A stretch of 64,000 bases of DNA from Candidatus Poribacteria bacterium (GTDB lineage: Bacteria; Poribacteria; WGA-4E; PCPOR2b). Each line of letters starts with the position of its first letter. Within the stretch, counting starts at the first letter, position 1. Made by a program: the position numbers and the translations under genes. Shown piece after piece: positions 8,505 to 19,067 of this stretch. The notes beneath the pieces are model-generated. The model had not been told where the DNA came from and did no database searches. It saw only the letters and a program-made list of their open reading frames with translations. The stretch is from NCBI GenBank assembly GCA_965208325.1, contig OZ242326.1:3040001-3104000 (forward strand). Direction: 5' to 3'.

Positions 8505-9854
8505 ATGGCAAACCACCTTTACGACCTCATCGTCATCGGCGCCGGGCCGGGCGGATATATCGCGGCCGAGCGCGCTGGCGCCAAAGGCAAAAAAGTCCTG
8601 CTAATTGAAAAAAGCAATCTCGGCGGCGTTTGCTTGAATGAAGGGTGTATTCCGAGTAAAACGCTGCTGCACTCCGCAAAGCTGTTCGTCCAAGCCTGCA
8701 ACTCCCAAGCCTACGGTGTCACGGTTGAAAACCCGCGATTCAACCTTGCGGACGCAATGTCGCATAAAGCTGAAGTTATTCAGAAACTGCGGGCGGGGGT
8801 CGCCTATCAGATAAAGCAAAACCGGGTCGAATTGCGTCACGGGCAAGCCCGCTTCGCCAACCGCAATACAGTTCACGTTAACGGCAAGCAATTTCAAGGC
8901 GAGAATATAATCATTGCGGCGGGTTCCTCACCCGTCCGTTTGCCCATTCCCGGCGCGGATGCGGCGCATGTACTCACCAGCACGGAAATCCTCGAAATTG
9001 AAAATTTGCCGGAAAACCTAGCCATTATCGGCGGTGGTGTCATCGGCTGTGAGTTTGCATCCTTTTTCTCCAACGTGGGCGTGAATGTTTCGGTCGTCGA
9101 AATGTTGCCGGAAATAATCCCGACCCTAGACCCCGAATTTGCCCGGATGCTGCGGAAGTCGATGGTGGATGTAGATTTCCATCTTGGCAGCATTGTGGAG
9201 TCTATCGGCGAAGATACGGTGACGTTTTGTCAAAATGGGGAGTCCACTTCGATTCCTTGTGATCACGTCCTGATGTCCGTTGGCAGAAAGCCGAACATAG
9301 AAGGATTAGGGTTGGATGAAATTGGGGTTGACCACAATAGCCGCGGTGTTACAGTCAATGAGTTCATGCAGACCAACATTCCGGGCATCTACGCTATTGG
9401 GGATATCACGGGCAAATCTATGTTAGCCCACGCCGCCGCGCGGATGGGCGAAGTCGCGGTTAAACACATCCTCGGCAAATGGGATGTCATGCGGTACCAC
9501 GCGGTACCTTGGGTGGTGTATACATATCCGGAAGTCGCTTGGGTCGGGCTGGCAGAAGCGGATGCTGCGGATAAAGGCGTATCCGTGAAATGTGCGAAGT
9601 TGCCCATGAGCGCCAACGGCCGTTTTCTAGCTGAAAATCTGGGAAAGCGCGGCTTATGTAAGGTAGTAATTGATTCCGAAAGCAATGCGCTGTTAGGCGT
9701 ACAGATGATTGGCGCCGCATGTTCCGAGATTATCTACGGCGCCGCAGCCATGATTGAAGATGAATTCAGGGTTCAAGACATTCAAGAGGTCATTTTTCCG
9801 CATCCGACCGTATCGGAAATATTCAAAGATGCCCTTACGGCAATGCACGCCTAA
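8505..9854 (+). CDS. lpdA: Dihydrolipoamide dehydrogenase (E3)
   Basis: GAGPGG FAD motif, GGVCLNEGCIPSK disulfide, GGGVIG, HPTVSE. Confidence 0.95.
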   Translation: MANHLYDLIVIGAGPGGYIAAERAGAKGKKVLLIEKSNLGGVCLNEGCIPSKTLLHSAKLFVQACNSQAYGVTVENPRFNLADAMSHKAEVIQKLRAGVAYQIKQNRVELRHGQARFANRNTVHVNGKQFQGENIIIAAGSSPVRLPIPGADAAHVLTSTEILEIENLPENLAIIGGGVIGCEFASFFSNVGVNVSVVEMLPEIIPTLDPEFARMLRKSMVDVDFHLGSIVESIGEDTVTFCQNGESTSIPCDHVLMSVGRKPNIEGLGLDEIGVDHNSRGVTVNEFMQTNIPGIYAIGDITGKSMLAHAAARMGEVAVKHILGKWDVMRYHAVPWVVYTYPEVAWVGLAEADAADKGVSVKCAKLPMSANGRFLAENLGKRGLCKVVIDSESNALLGVQMIGAACSEIIYGAAAMIEDEFRVQDIQEVIFPHPTVSEIFKDALTAMHA

Positions 9855-9883
9855 AACCCGATAATTGCCCGACCTGTATAATC

Positions 9884-9960
9884 TCGCAGACGAATAGCGA
9901 GCCATCAACCGAGCGAATAGCGACGGGATCAACCGAGTGAATTGCGAGGGCGATAGTCTT
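9884..9960 (+). repeat. Tandem copies of the dispersed GATCAACCGAGCGAATAGCGAGGGCGATAGTCTT repeat family
   Basis: Related copies at ~6957-6990(-), 8447-8501, 12461-12494, 12550-12584(-), 15263-15296(-), 18938-18973(-), 31460-31498, 44553-44586 and 50471-50532(-). Confidence 0.75.
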
Positions 9961-9995
9961 AGCAGTACCGATTAGGAGAAGGAGTCGATAGGGGA

Positions 9996-12452
9996 ATGCC
10001 CAAGTCACTCACAATAGACCCGTCTGACGTTCGCAAAAAGTCAGTCATAAAAAGCCAAGAAATACCCGTAAACGCCTATGCAGCGGATCCAAAACAGGAG
10101 GCTGCACAGTACGGTTCGGAAAACCTAGTACGCATCTATAGAGATATGCTCTATATCCGGGAATTTGAGGCGATGTTGGACGCAATCAAGAAAGAAGGCG
10201 TTTACCAAGGTATCCAATACAATCATAAGGGCCCCGCGCACCTTTCCATCGGCCAGGAAGCCGCTGCTGTAGGCCAGTCTTACCACCTTTCCCCGGTGGA
10301 CTTTATCTTTGGTTCTCACCGCAGCCATGGCGAGATTCTCGCCAAGAGTTTCGCCGCCATTGAAAAATTGAGCGAAGCAGCGTTGATGGATACCATGGAA
10401 TCTTATATGGATGGCGCTCCGCTTCGCGCCGTAGAGACGTTTACTAAGGGAAATGCCAAAGATCTCGCCGTCAACTACACCCTCTACGGCACGCTCGCCG
10501 AGATTTTTGGCAGAGAATACGGATTTAATAAAGGCATGGGCGGATCCATGCACGCCTTTTTCCTTCCGTTCGGTGTTATGCCCAACAACGCCATCGTAGG
10601 CGGTTCCGCCGATATCGCCGCAGGTGCCGCACTCTTCAAGCGCGTGAACCGAAAACCGGGAATGGTCATCGCCAATATCGGCGACGCCTCTTTGGGATGC
10701 GGCCCAGTTTGGGAAGCCATGATGTTCGCCGCTATGGATCAGTACCGTACCCTATGGGACCCGGATGTAGGAGGAAACCCGCCAATATTATTCAATTTTA
10801 TGAACAATTTTTACGGGATGGGCGGCCAACCAAAAGGCGAAACCATGGGCTTTGATGTGCTAGCTCGCGTGGGGTTAGGTGTCAATCCGGAAGCCATGCA
10901 CACGGAGCGGGTAGACGGCTACAACCCGCTCGCCGTGGCGGACGCGGTTGCTCGAAAACAGAAGGTGTTGGAAGCGGGCAATGGTCCCGTCCTGTTGGAT
11001 ACGGTGACCTACCGATTCTCCGGGCATTCACCCTCTGACGCCTCCTCTTATCGAGACAAATCGGAAATTGATCTCTGGAGCCAACAGGACTCACTGGCAA
11101 ATTACGGGAAATATCTCAAGGAAAACGGCCACGCGGATGATAGCCAACTGGACGAATTTCGGGTTGATATCGGCGCGCGTCTAAGCAAAGTGTTGGAAGC
11201 CGCTGCCTCCTTGGAAATTTCTCCCCGCATAGATGTTCAAGTCGACGCGATTGGCGATGTGATGTTCTCCAATGAATTCAAAGACCGCATGGACGAACGC
11301 GAGCCGGAGGTGTTAATTCCCAAGGAGAATAGCCGCCTCAAAACGACGTTGAGTAAGAACCGGTTTGGATTGAAAGATGGGCAACCGCTGCCTAAACTTC
11401 GGACCTTGACCTACGCGGAGGCGCTTTTCGAAGCCATGATTCACCGATTCTATGAGGACCCTACCATGATCGCCTACGGCGAGGAAAACCGGGATTGGGG
11501 CGGCGCTTTTAGCGTCTATCGCGGTTTGACCGAGTGCCTGGCATATCATCGGCTATTCAACTCTCCTATTTCCGAGGCGGCGATTGTAGGAACAGCCGTT
11601 GGATACGCCCTCTCCGGCGGACGCGTGGTGGCGGAGCTAATGTATTGCGACTTTATGGGGCGCGCCGGAGATGAAATTTTCAATCAGATGGCGAAATGGC
11701 AATCTATGTCCGCCAATGTCTTGCAAATGCCGCTGGTGTTGCGGGTATCTGTCGGCTCGAAGTACGGCGCGCAGCATTCCCAAGACTGGACTTCAATCGT
11801 AGCGCATATTCCCGGCTTAAAGGTCATGTTTCCGGCGACCGCATACGATGCGAAGGGTATGTTGAACCTGGCGCTGCGCGGCACCGATCCGGTTGTTTTC
11901 TTTGAGAGCCAGCGGCTGTATTCCGAGCCGGAAACCCTCGTAGAAGGCGGTGTACCAACCGAATACTATGAAGTAGAGATGGGCGAACCGGCGCTCCGCC
12001 GCCAAGGGGCGGATTTAACTATTGTCACCATTGGCGCGGCGCTCTACAGAGCCATTGAAGCGGCTGACGAACTCGAAGAAAAGCACAGCATCTCTACGGA
12101 GGTGATTGACGCCCGCTTTCTCAACCCGCTGAATTACGAAATTATCGTTGAATCCGTGAAAAAGACCGGGCGGGTCGTCCTAGTCTCTGATGCCTGCGAA
12201 CGCGGCACTTTTCTCCACACTATGGCGTCGAATATTTCCCAGTTGGCATTTGACCATCTGGACGGCCCCATTGCCGTGGTTGGCGCCCGCAACTGGATTA
12301 CACCGCCTGCAGAGATGGAAGAAGCCTTCTTCCCACAGAAGGACTGGATCATTGATACAATTCACGAGCGGATTTTGCCGATTGCCGGCCATAAGGTAAC
12401 CACTATTCAAACCACGGGAGAGATTCTCAGGCGCAATCGGCTCGGGGTATAG
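9996..12452 (+). CDS. Fused E1 alpha/beta thiamine-diphosphate-dependent 2-oxoacid/acetoin dehydrogenase
   Basis: [16 protein letters not shown]...NN TPP motif, YRFSGHS.SD; beta part NSPISE, GAQHSQ, DPVVFFE. Confidence 0.9.
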   Translation: MPKSLTIDPSDVRKKSVIKSQEIPVNAYAADPKQEAAQYGSENLVRIYRDMLYIREFEAMLDAIKKEGVYQGIQYNHKGPAHLSIGQEAAAVGQSYHLSPVDFIFGSHRSHGEILAKSFAAIEKLSEAALMDTMESYMDGAPLRAVETFTKGNAKDLAVNYTLYGTLAEIFGREYGFNKGMGGSMHAFFLPFGVMPNNAIVGGSADIAAGAALFKRVNRKPGMVIANIGDASLGCGPVWEAMMFAAMDQYRTLWDPDVGGNPPILFNFMNNFYGMGGQPKGETMGFDVLARVGLGVNPEAMHTERVDGYNPLAVADAVARKQKVLEAGNGPVLLDTVTYRFSGHSPSDASSYRDKSEIDLWSQQDSLANYGKYLKENGHADDSQLDEFRVDIGARLSKVLEAAASLEISPRIDVQVDAIGDVMFSNEFKDRMDEREPEVLIPKENSRLKTTLSKNRFGLKDGQPLPKLRTLTYAEALFEAMIHRFYEDPTMIAYGEENRDWGGAFSVYRGLTECLAYHRLFNSPISEAAIVGTAVGYALSGGRVVAELMYCDFMGRAGDEIFNQMAKWQSMSANVLQMPLVLRVSVGSKYGAQHSQDWTSIVAHIPGLKVMFPATAYDAKGMLNLALRGTDPVVFFESQRLYSEPETLVEGGVPTEYYEVEMGEPALRRQGADLTIVTIGAALYRAIEAADELEEKHSISTEVIDARFLNPLNYEIIVESVKKTGRVVLVSDACERGTFLHTMASNISQLAFDHLDGPIAVVGARNWITPPAEMEEAFFPQKDWIIDTIHERILPIAGHKVTTIQTTGEILRRNRLGV

Positions 12453-12538
12453 GGCGGGGCAATCAACCGACCCAATAGGAAGGGCGATAGTCTCGTTCTC
12501 GCTAACCAACGTACAATAACCGCGATGGTCTTCGCTCT

Positions 12539-13792
12539 ATGGTTAGCATAAGACTATCGCACTTACTATTCGTTCGTTTGATCGTGGCGCAAATGGTTAC
12601 GTATCTTATTGGAACCGCATATTTTTTCCTTATTGTAGAAATCTTAATCATCATCAAATCATTCGTCTATGCACGTCATGAAAGGAAAGCGAAAAGACCC
12701 GATTTTACGCCAAAAGCAGCCATAATTGCGCCGCATTACGGATGGGATACACAGACCGCAGAAAATGCGAAGCGGTTATTGGACCAAGATTACGGCGGCG
12801 ATTACGAGGTTTTATTCGTCACACATCAGACGGGAACATCAGGATACGATATATCCTACCCACACCTCCTTGAGATCGCCGAGGGTAGAACCAACGCGCG
12901 TGTGCTCCTGGCGCCGAACATCATCGATAATTCGCTGCCGCGGTCCCAGAAGGTGGAGAATCTGATGACGGCGATCGCCGAATTGCCGGACGATGTCGAC
13001 GTAATCGCCTTTGTCGATGCAGATTCAACGGTTCAAAAAGATTGGCTCCGATTGCTCGTCCAGCCTCTACAGGACAAAGATGTCGGCGCAACAGTTGGCG
13101 CACGGTTTTATGTGCCGCAGCGATTGAATTTTGCTTCCCTCGTCGAGACTATCTGGATCAATTTTCAGATTGCCCTCCAAGGCGGTCACTCGCTTACTAT
13201 GGTTTGGGGCGGATCAAACGCCATTCGGCGAGACCTCCTTGATGCCGGGTCAGTATTGAAACGTTGGGAAAATGCGACTATCGAAGATCACAACCTGACC
13301 CACACCGTGAAAGATCTCAAACTCAAGGTGCATTTCGTTCCAGACTGTATCGCCGTCACGCATACGGATAACCGCACATGGAGACAGATTCTTGAATTTA
13401 CCAACCGGCAGATGGTCATGACGTTCAGGATGGGGCTCAAAGCACAGTGGATCCTCACCCTGTTGGTATTTTTGCCGAAAGCGCTAATTGTGTTCGCATC
13501 TATCCCGCTCGTGTTTCATTATAATCGTCTCATTCTTGTGTTTTTGGTGCCATTTATCGAAATTCAAAGCTATCGGCTTTTCTCCAAAAATCTACCGCAA
13601 TGGTTAAAGGATGACCCGCAGGTGCATGAAAAAATCAGAATATCCTCGTTCGCTGCGCCAACATCGATGTTCCTTGCAGGGCTGAATGCCGTGTACGCCC
13701 TATTTCAGAACAAAATCGTCTGGGGCGGTGTACGCTACGAAATCCTTTCAGCCACAAAATGCCGTATCTTGGGAAGAATACACACGAAGTGA
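12539..13792 (+). CDS. Membrane GT2/GT21-like glycosyltransferase (ceramide/hopanoid glucosyltransferase-like)
   Basis: N- and C-terminal TM helices, KVENL, FVDAD, WGGS, IED, IVWGGVRY; start could be 12593. Confidence 0.8.
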   Translation: MVSIRLSHLLFVRLIVAQMVTYLIGTAYFFLIVEILIIIKSFVYARHERKAKRPDFTPKAAIIAPHYGWDTQTAENAKRLLDQDYGGDYEVLFVTHQTGTSGYDISYPHLLEIAEGRTNARVLLAPNIIDNSLPRSQKVENLMTAIAELPDDVDVIAFVDADSTVQKDWLRLLVQPLQDKDVGATVGARFYVPQRLNFASLVETIWINFQIALQGGHSLTMVWGGSNAIRRDLLDAGSVLKRWENATIEDHNLTHTVKDLKLKVHFVPDCIAVTHTDNRTWRQILEFTNRQMVMTFRMGLKAQWILTLLVFLPKALIVFASIPLVFHYNRLILVFLVPFIEIQSYRLFSKNLPQWLKDDPQVHEKIRISSFAAPTSMFLAGLNAVYALFQNKIVWGGVRYEILSATKCRILGRIHTK

Positions 13793-13923
13793 AACTAGTA
13801 CCCAATATAAACAATCTGTAATGGTCATGTAGAAATTAATTCTTGAATCCGAGGTTTTTTCTTCAAAACTCGGTTTCTGTAACTAGTTACCGCAAGGCGG
13901 ATAAACTTGGAAAGGAATTTTCA

Positions 13924-15144
13924 ATGCCTGAACGCAGTCGAATATCGCCGCGTTTTTTTGTTAATCAGCTCGCCTCCACACTGTTAGAAGACTGGTGGAC
14001 CTCCTATACGTTCGTCAAATATCAAATCGCAAAAGAGAGTTTTAACTGGCGGCACCCGTTCGGGGCAAAACACGGCCGAGGCGACGCGGTACAACTGGTC
14101 AGCCTGCGTATCACAGATATGTGCAATCTGCGCTGTCACTCCTGCGGTCAATGGGGCGATAACGGTTACCTGCTCGGGAGTTCACTCAAGGAATTGAAAC
14201 AGCGCGAGGTACCCGTCGAAACATACAAACGGCTCGTCGATCAGATTGTTGATGCCGGTTGGTCGCCGCTATGGTATATTTGGGGCGGCGAACCCATGCT
14301 TTACCCCGGCTTAATAGAGTTGTTGTATTACATCAAAGAGCGGGGGATGCCAATCTCGCTCGTGACCAACGCCACAAACGTCGCGAGACGCGCAGACGAC
14401 ATTCTCGACACCTGCAAAATTCTCTACGTGAGCGTTGACGGTCCCAACGCGGACATCCACAACACGCAGCGCCCGGGCGTTACCGAGAACTACGACAACT
14501 TCAAGGATGTCAAAACGGCGCTCGAAACTATCAGCGAAGAGAAAAAACGCCGCAATCAGAAATTCCCGTACGTTGTTCCGTTGAGCTGCATCACACAATA
14601 CAACATCGACGAGGTGGTAGACCTCTACGGATTCACCAGCCAGTACGCAGACACGCAAATCTTCTATCTCACGTGGTGGATCGATTCGCAGTCCGCACAA
14701 GAACACTCGATGGATTTCGAGCGGCGGTTCGGTTTTAAACCGCAAACCCATTTCGGTTGGATTGGCACCTGGAAAGATTTCGATCACGGCGTTATCCTTG
14801 ATAAGTTTGAGGAGATGGAAAACATCTCCCGAACCCAAGGACGATGCCCGCCCATGATGATGCCAAAGCTTAACACTCGGGACGATATCAACCGCTACTA
14901 CACCAATCACGGCGATTCCTTCGGATATAACCAGTGCGTCAGCATCTTCATGACCCTGGAAATCGACAGCAACGGCGATGTCAGCCTCTGCCGCGATTAT
15001 CACGATTACATCATCGGCAACATCAAAACCGACGCCGTCACAGACATCTGGAACAACGAAGCCGCCGTAAAGTTCAGACACTCCATCAGCACCGAAGGCA
15101 TAATGCCGGTATGCCGCCGCTGCTGCGGGTTAATGGGTTATTAA
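13924..15144 (+). CDS. Radical SAM protein with SPASM/twitch domain
   Basis: CNLRCHSC, GGEP, C-terminal C..GDVSLC..IGN..CRRCC; start at ATG 13924 after AAGGA. Confidence 0.9.
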   Translation: MPERSRISPRFFVNQLASTLLEDWWTSYTFVKYQIAKESFNWRHPFGAKHGRGDAVQLVSLRITDMCNLRCHSCGQWGDNGYLLGSSLKELKQREVPVETYKRLVDQIVDAGWSPLWYIWGGEPMLYPGLIELLYYIKERGMPISLVTNATNVARRADDILDTCKILYVSVDGPNADIHNTQRPGVTENYDNFKDVKTALETISEEKKRRNQKFPYVVPLSCITQYNIDEVVDLYGFTSQYADTQIFYLTWWIDSQSAQEHSMDFERRFGFKPQTHFGWIGTWKDFDHGVILDKFEEMENISRTQGRCPPMMMPKLNTRDDINRYYTNHGDSFGYNQCVSIFMTLEIDSNGDVSLCRDYHDYIIGNIKTDAVTDIWNNEAAVKFRHSISTEGIMPVCRRCCGLMGY

Positions 15145-15223
15145 CCAGTGTAAAGAAAATGGTAGGAGGGACATCCCTGTCCCAATAATCGGGGTAGTGT
15201 TTGTAGGTTGGGTAGAATACTAG

Positions 15224-15256
15224 AGAAACCGAGTTTTTTGGAAAAACTCGGTTTCT
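15224..15256. repeat. Palindromic REP-like family AGAAACCGAGTTTT..AAAACTCGGTTTCT
   Basis: Copies at 13845-13878, 15224-15256, 44445-44477 and 47171-47203; degenerate copy at ~52-81. Confidence 0.8.
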
Positions 15257-15322
15257 TAAAGTAAGACTATCCCCTCGTATTCCGCTAAGTCGATCGTTTA
15301 AAAGGAAAGGAAAATCCAACGA

Positions 15323-16186
15323 ATGAAAATTGGTTTACGCATACCGGGCGCAGGCGCGCAAATGCCCTTTGATTCCTTCTGCGGTTGGTGTGTAGACAAC
15401 GGCTTCGAAGCAGTTGACGTGGGCACCGTCACTCCCCAAATCGCAAAAACCGCAAACGACGCCGGCTTGGTCATCGGCAGCGCAGATATACAGGGTGTCG
15501 GCGATCTGTTGAGCGTCGATAGATCCAAGCAGAAAAAAGGCGCGGAAGCCGCGAAAGCCTCAATTCAGGCTGCCGCTGACAACGGGGTCTATATCATGTT
15601 TTGCGTCCTTGTACCTGGAGATGGAAGCCTCGGGCGAGTCCAAAACTTTGAAATCTGGAAGGCGGCGTTTCCGCCGATTGTCGAATTTGCGGAGTCCAAG
15701 GGTGTCACCATTGCGCTCGAAGGTTGGCCCGGACCCCCGCCGCACTATCCTACACTGGGCTGTACCCCCGAAATGTTGCGTCTGATGTACGCCGAGTGCC
15801 CATCCCCATCGCTCGCCCTAAACTACGACCCATCCCACATGATCCGAATGGGTGTGGATTACCTGCGTCTGCTCAATGAATTCGCCTCGTACGTCCGGCA
15901 CGCACATGGAAAAGACACGGTTTTCGATACAGAAGCCTACTACCTGCACGGCAATCTCGGCCCCACCTTCTACGAACCCCAGACCTTCGGCGAAGATTGG
16001 TGGCGCTACTGCATCCCCGGCGAGGGCTTGACCGATTGGCCCAAGGTAATCAAACGCCTTGAGGACGAAGGCTTTGATGGCATCATCAGCGTCGAACTGG
16101 AAGACATCCGCTATTACGACGATTGGGAAGCACAGGCTGACGGCCTCCGCCGTTCACGCGACCACCTCGCACAATTCATGCGCTAG
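15323..16186 (+). CDS. Sugar phosphate isomerase/epimerase (xylose isomerase-like TIM barrel)
   Basis: IALE, NYDPSH, HAHGKD, PGEG..DW and SVELED motifs. Confidence 0.88.
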   Translation: MKIGLRIPGAGAQMPFDSFCGWCVDNGFEAVDVGTVTPQIAKTANDAGLVIGSADIQGVGDLLSVDRSKQKKGAEAAKASIQAAADNGVYIMFCVLVPGDGSLGRVQNFEIWKAAFPPIVEFAESKGVTIALEGWPGPPPHYPTLGCTPEMLRLMYAECPSPSLALNYDPSHMIRMGVDYLRLLNEFASYVRHAHGKDTVFDTEAYYLHGNLGPTFYEPQTFGEDWWRYCIPGEGLTDWPKVIKRLEDEGFDGIISVELEDIRYYDDWEAQADGLRRSRDHLAQFMR

Positions 16187-16246
16187 CACAACCGTACCCC
16201 GCCTCCAAAGCATGTAGGAGGGAATTCCGATTCCCGACAATGCGCT

Positions 16247-16503
16247 CATCCCCTTGCTTACTAAAGCGGGCAGCATTCATCCCCTTCCTTGCTAAGAAGC
16301 GGGCAACTCTCATCCCCCTCCTTACCAAGGAGGGGCTAGGGGAGGTTATTAGCCGTGTTAAGCAATCAAGCAACGGCACATTAAGCGCAACTTATCTCTT
16401 CCTCACCCCCAATCTCCCTGCGCTTCCTACCCAAAGAGTAGTCAGCAATCCTCCCCTATCTTACCAAGGACGGTTTAAGATTCATCCCCCTACTTACCAA
16501 GGA
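16247..16503. repeat. Cluster of ~5 REP-like palindromes (ATCCCCCTCCTTACCAAGGAGGGG type)
   Basis: Imperfect copies starting ~16247, 16278, 16311, 16449 and 16484. Confidence 0.7.
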
Positions 16504-16956
16504 TGAAGGAGGTTGTAGAGGTGCAAACTGCCGGCAGGTCGCAGGATTCAAAGATGACGGTGCATTACGCCAAGGGGGAACTCGCAGAACACGGCGCCGT
16601 AGCTCGGTTGAGATATGGGAAATGAGAGAAGCGGCGACAGATGAAGGAATATTTTGATTGGTTCAGGCGGTTGGATGGGTATTGTTGAGTGCACCAGGCA
16701 TTTCCGAGAGCTAGATGCAATTTATTTATAGACCTGAAACGCGAAACGCTTTAATACTAGTACTTGTCACTGCTTCTACGGCGTTTGTTGCGTTTTTTGA
16801 TAGTCAGCACAAGCTATTGGGTGTGTTGGCTGTGCGCGGAGCATAGAATGTGGTTATTTGAAATAGGCGGTGAATCCGTGAACATTCGCTTTGCGTGGGT
16901 TCGGTAGTCTTGCTAGTGGTCTCGAAACAAGAAACAAGCGAGGGGTATTTAGATTA

Positions 16957-16991
16957 GAAACCCCGCCCACGAGGACATCCGTGGACGAGGT
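16957..16991 (-). terminator. Intrinsic terminator after cassette copy 2
   Basis: Minus strand CCTCGTCCACG-loop-CGTGGGCGGGG followed by TTTCT. Confidence 0.6.
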
Positions 16992-17028
16992 ATAGCTGCT
17001 GGAACATGTCAATCGTCTAAAGACAGCT

Positions 17029-17385
17029 TCATGGATGGGTCACACTATCAAATTTCGAACAAAAGGTGTTAACCACATTTATACCATCCACATAAGCACT
17101 TCCATAACCGTACTGGGAAATGCTACCTGAAGCCTTCAAAGATAAACTTATATCCTGATTTCCATACGGATTCTTTAGGGTTGTGCCAGGCGGAGGGCCA
17201 ACCCGAGCATGTACAGAATAGTATCCGTTATCAAGACCTGTATTATTCATTGATGACTTAATTTCAAGCTTGTTATTGCTTACCGACTTGCTACAGTACG
17301 CGTTATACGCATATACACTGACACAAATAATAAAGGTCGTGAGGACCAAGAGACTACTCAACATAACCAATCTTTTCGATTTCAT
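17029..17385 (-). CDS. Small secreted beta-rich protein, paralog of 3400..3771
   Basis: Signal MKSKRLVMLSSLLVLTTFIICVSVYA-YNAY; shared GL.NG.YSV, PYGN, AY..G, SK.D. Confidence 0.85.
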   Translation of the reverse strand: MKSKRLVMLSSLLVLTTFIICVSVYAYNAYCSKSVSNNKLEIKSSMNNTGLDNGYYSVHARVGPPPGTTLKNPYGNQDISLSLKASGSISQYGYGSAYVDGINVVNTFCSKFDSVTHP

Positions 17386-17397
17386 GATATTCTCCTT

Positions 17398-18195
17398 TTA
17401 ATAGTCGCCAAGAAGGGTAGTCAGGTCATACCCTGCATTATCGTACTCAACTAATTTTATACCGGGAAACTTTGTCTTATAAGCCCCCGACAGTATTTCT
17501 TCCTCTGTAAAAAGGTCCTCATCGCTATTCAATAGAGGATCAACTGTGCTGGAAGCCCCAAGCCTAGCGCTGATATAAGGCACCTCAATAGACTCTCCAT
17601 CAGGACCTTCACGGGTATAACTATCCCACTTAACGTATATCACGTCCGGATAGATTGGGTAGACCCTACCAGTGTCTTCATCTAAGGTACCATTCACGAA
17701 ATCGTGATTACCCCGATTCCACAATTCTATCAACGCACGGTATAACGTGACGTGGGCGGAAAAATCACGTTCATGAAAATAATCTTCCAACCACACCGGA
17801 GTCATGGGAAACCCATCAGGTACTTCAGGATATTTACTAGATTCCGCTTCCTCCTGTTCCAGCGCCTCAGCAAGAGCAGTTAACTCCTCATCGCTAAGCG
17901 CCGCCAACTGAGCCTCCAAATCTTCATCAATTTTAGCAGAGTCAGTTTCAGTTTCAGAATCATCGGCATCACTGAGTGATTGTTCAAGTTCTGATACCCA
18001 ATCTGTCCCTGACACCGATGGCGTATCTGGAGAAACAGAGGTGGCATAGGAACGTTCCGCCGTCAATAGGTGTTCCGGTGTAGGTTCAACATCGGGACCA
18101 AAGAGCCAACGGCTACCGAAGTAACTACCCGCAACCAGTAGCACTGAAAGCAAGACTGCCCCACCTAGAAACAGCTTCTGTCTAATCGTAAACAT
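17398..18195 (-). CDS. Uncharacterised membrane-anchored protein (TM, acidic linker, conserved domain), paralog of 2675..3319
   Basis: N-terminal TM helix, D/E-rich linker, conserved C-terminal domain; start at ATG 18195 after GGGGGTG. Confidence 0.85.
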   Translation of the reverse strand: MFTIRQKLFLGGAVLLSVLLVAGSYFGSRWLFGPDVEPTPEHLLTAERSYATSVSPDTPSVSGTDWVSELEQSLSDADDSETETDSAKIDEDLEAQLAALSDEELTALAEALEQEEAESSKYPEVPDGFPMTPVWLEDYFHERDFSAHVTLYRALIELWNRGNHDFVNGTLDEDTGRVYPIYPDVIYVKWDSYTREGPDGESIEVPYISARLGASSTVDPLLNSDEDLFTEEEILSGAYKTKFPGIKLVEYDNAGYDLTTLLGDY

Positions 18196-18298
18196 GGTTA
18201 TCACCCCCCTCACGCTGTCAATTCTTGGTTGAGAGAAATTTATGTGATCACTGCGGACCGTTCCGCAGTTCTAAGTGTTACTTGATGGCTATCTTATA

Positions 18299-18314
18299 AG
18301 CAAATTGTGTGCCA
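18299..18314 (-). promoter_or_regulatory. sigma54 (-24/-12) promoter of cassette copy 2
   Basis: Minus strand TGGCAC-ACAAT-TTGCT, perfect consensus. Confidence 0.8.
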
Positions 18315-18439
18315 AGACGAATAATTCCCTACAATTTGGCAACAGATTAGCCTCGGAAACCCTGATGTGGCAAGGGATGGGGACAGTTAAATTGTTTTTC
18401 AAATTGGAGTGGCAGCGTCCTGACGAGATTTGGAAAGGG

Positions 18440-18557
18440 GTGCGACAAAAGTTGACACAATTCAAGGAATTTTGGGAATACCAGTGCGCTAAGCCTTGCC
18501 ACACAAGGGTTTTGGGGGATGTGCGACAAAAGTTGACAAAAGCAAAAAATGTCGCAC
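18440..18557. promoter_or_regulatory. Putative upstream activator (enhancer) sites, copy 2
   Basis: GTGCGACAAAAGTTGACA at 18440 and 18521; TGTCGCAC at 18550; same 81-bp spacing as copy 1. Confidence 0.6.
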
Positions 18558-19067
18558 CCCTTTGAAGGAATGGTTGTCGGTAGGAGGAATTGAACCGGGC
18601 GTCGCTTAAAAAATTTTAGCAAAAGTCGTTAGATGCTGCTGTCGGACTTAGAAATAGCCATTATAGCGTCCATCCAGAGCAAAATAATTCCAAAAGCCGT
18701 AGGAGTTACACACTTGATTGAAGCGTATAAAGGGGTTGAGCCAAATAATCACGGACAGCCTTTAATCACACAAATCAAAGCTCAACCAGCTCCTATAGGT
18801 TGCACCTAGCGGCGAATCGTTCCGCCGCCAATCTAGAATCCAACCCGGTAGGCGCAATCTCCGAATCGCGACACATAACTCTACGGCAAACTGAACGCTT
18901 CAAATACGCCGGATACAAGTCAAGACTACAAGTGCTGAAGACTATCGCCCGCCCTATTCGGTCGGTTGATCCCTAAATCATAGCCCATCATTTAATCACA
19001 CGAATCACAGTTCAGACAATATCCAATCGGCGCCTGCATTAGCTCCCACACAGAACTTTGTCGCAAT

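Noticed and set aside
16247..16503. Possible CRISPR array
   Set aside because: Units are degenerate, spacers are mostly under 15 nt or irregular, and there are no cas genes; fits a REP cluster
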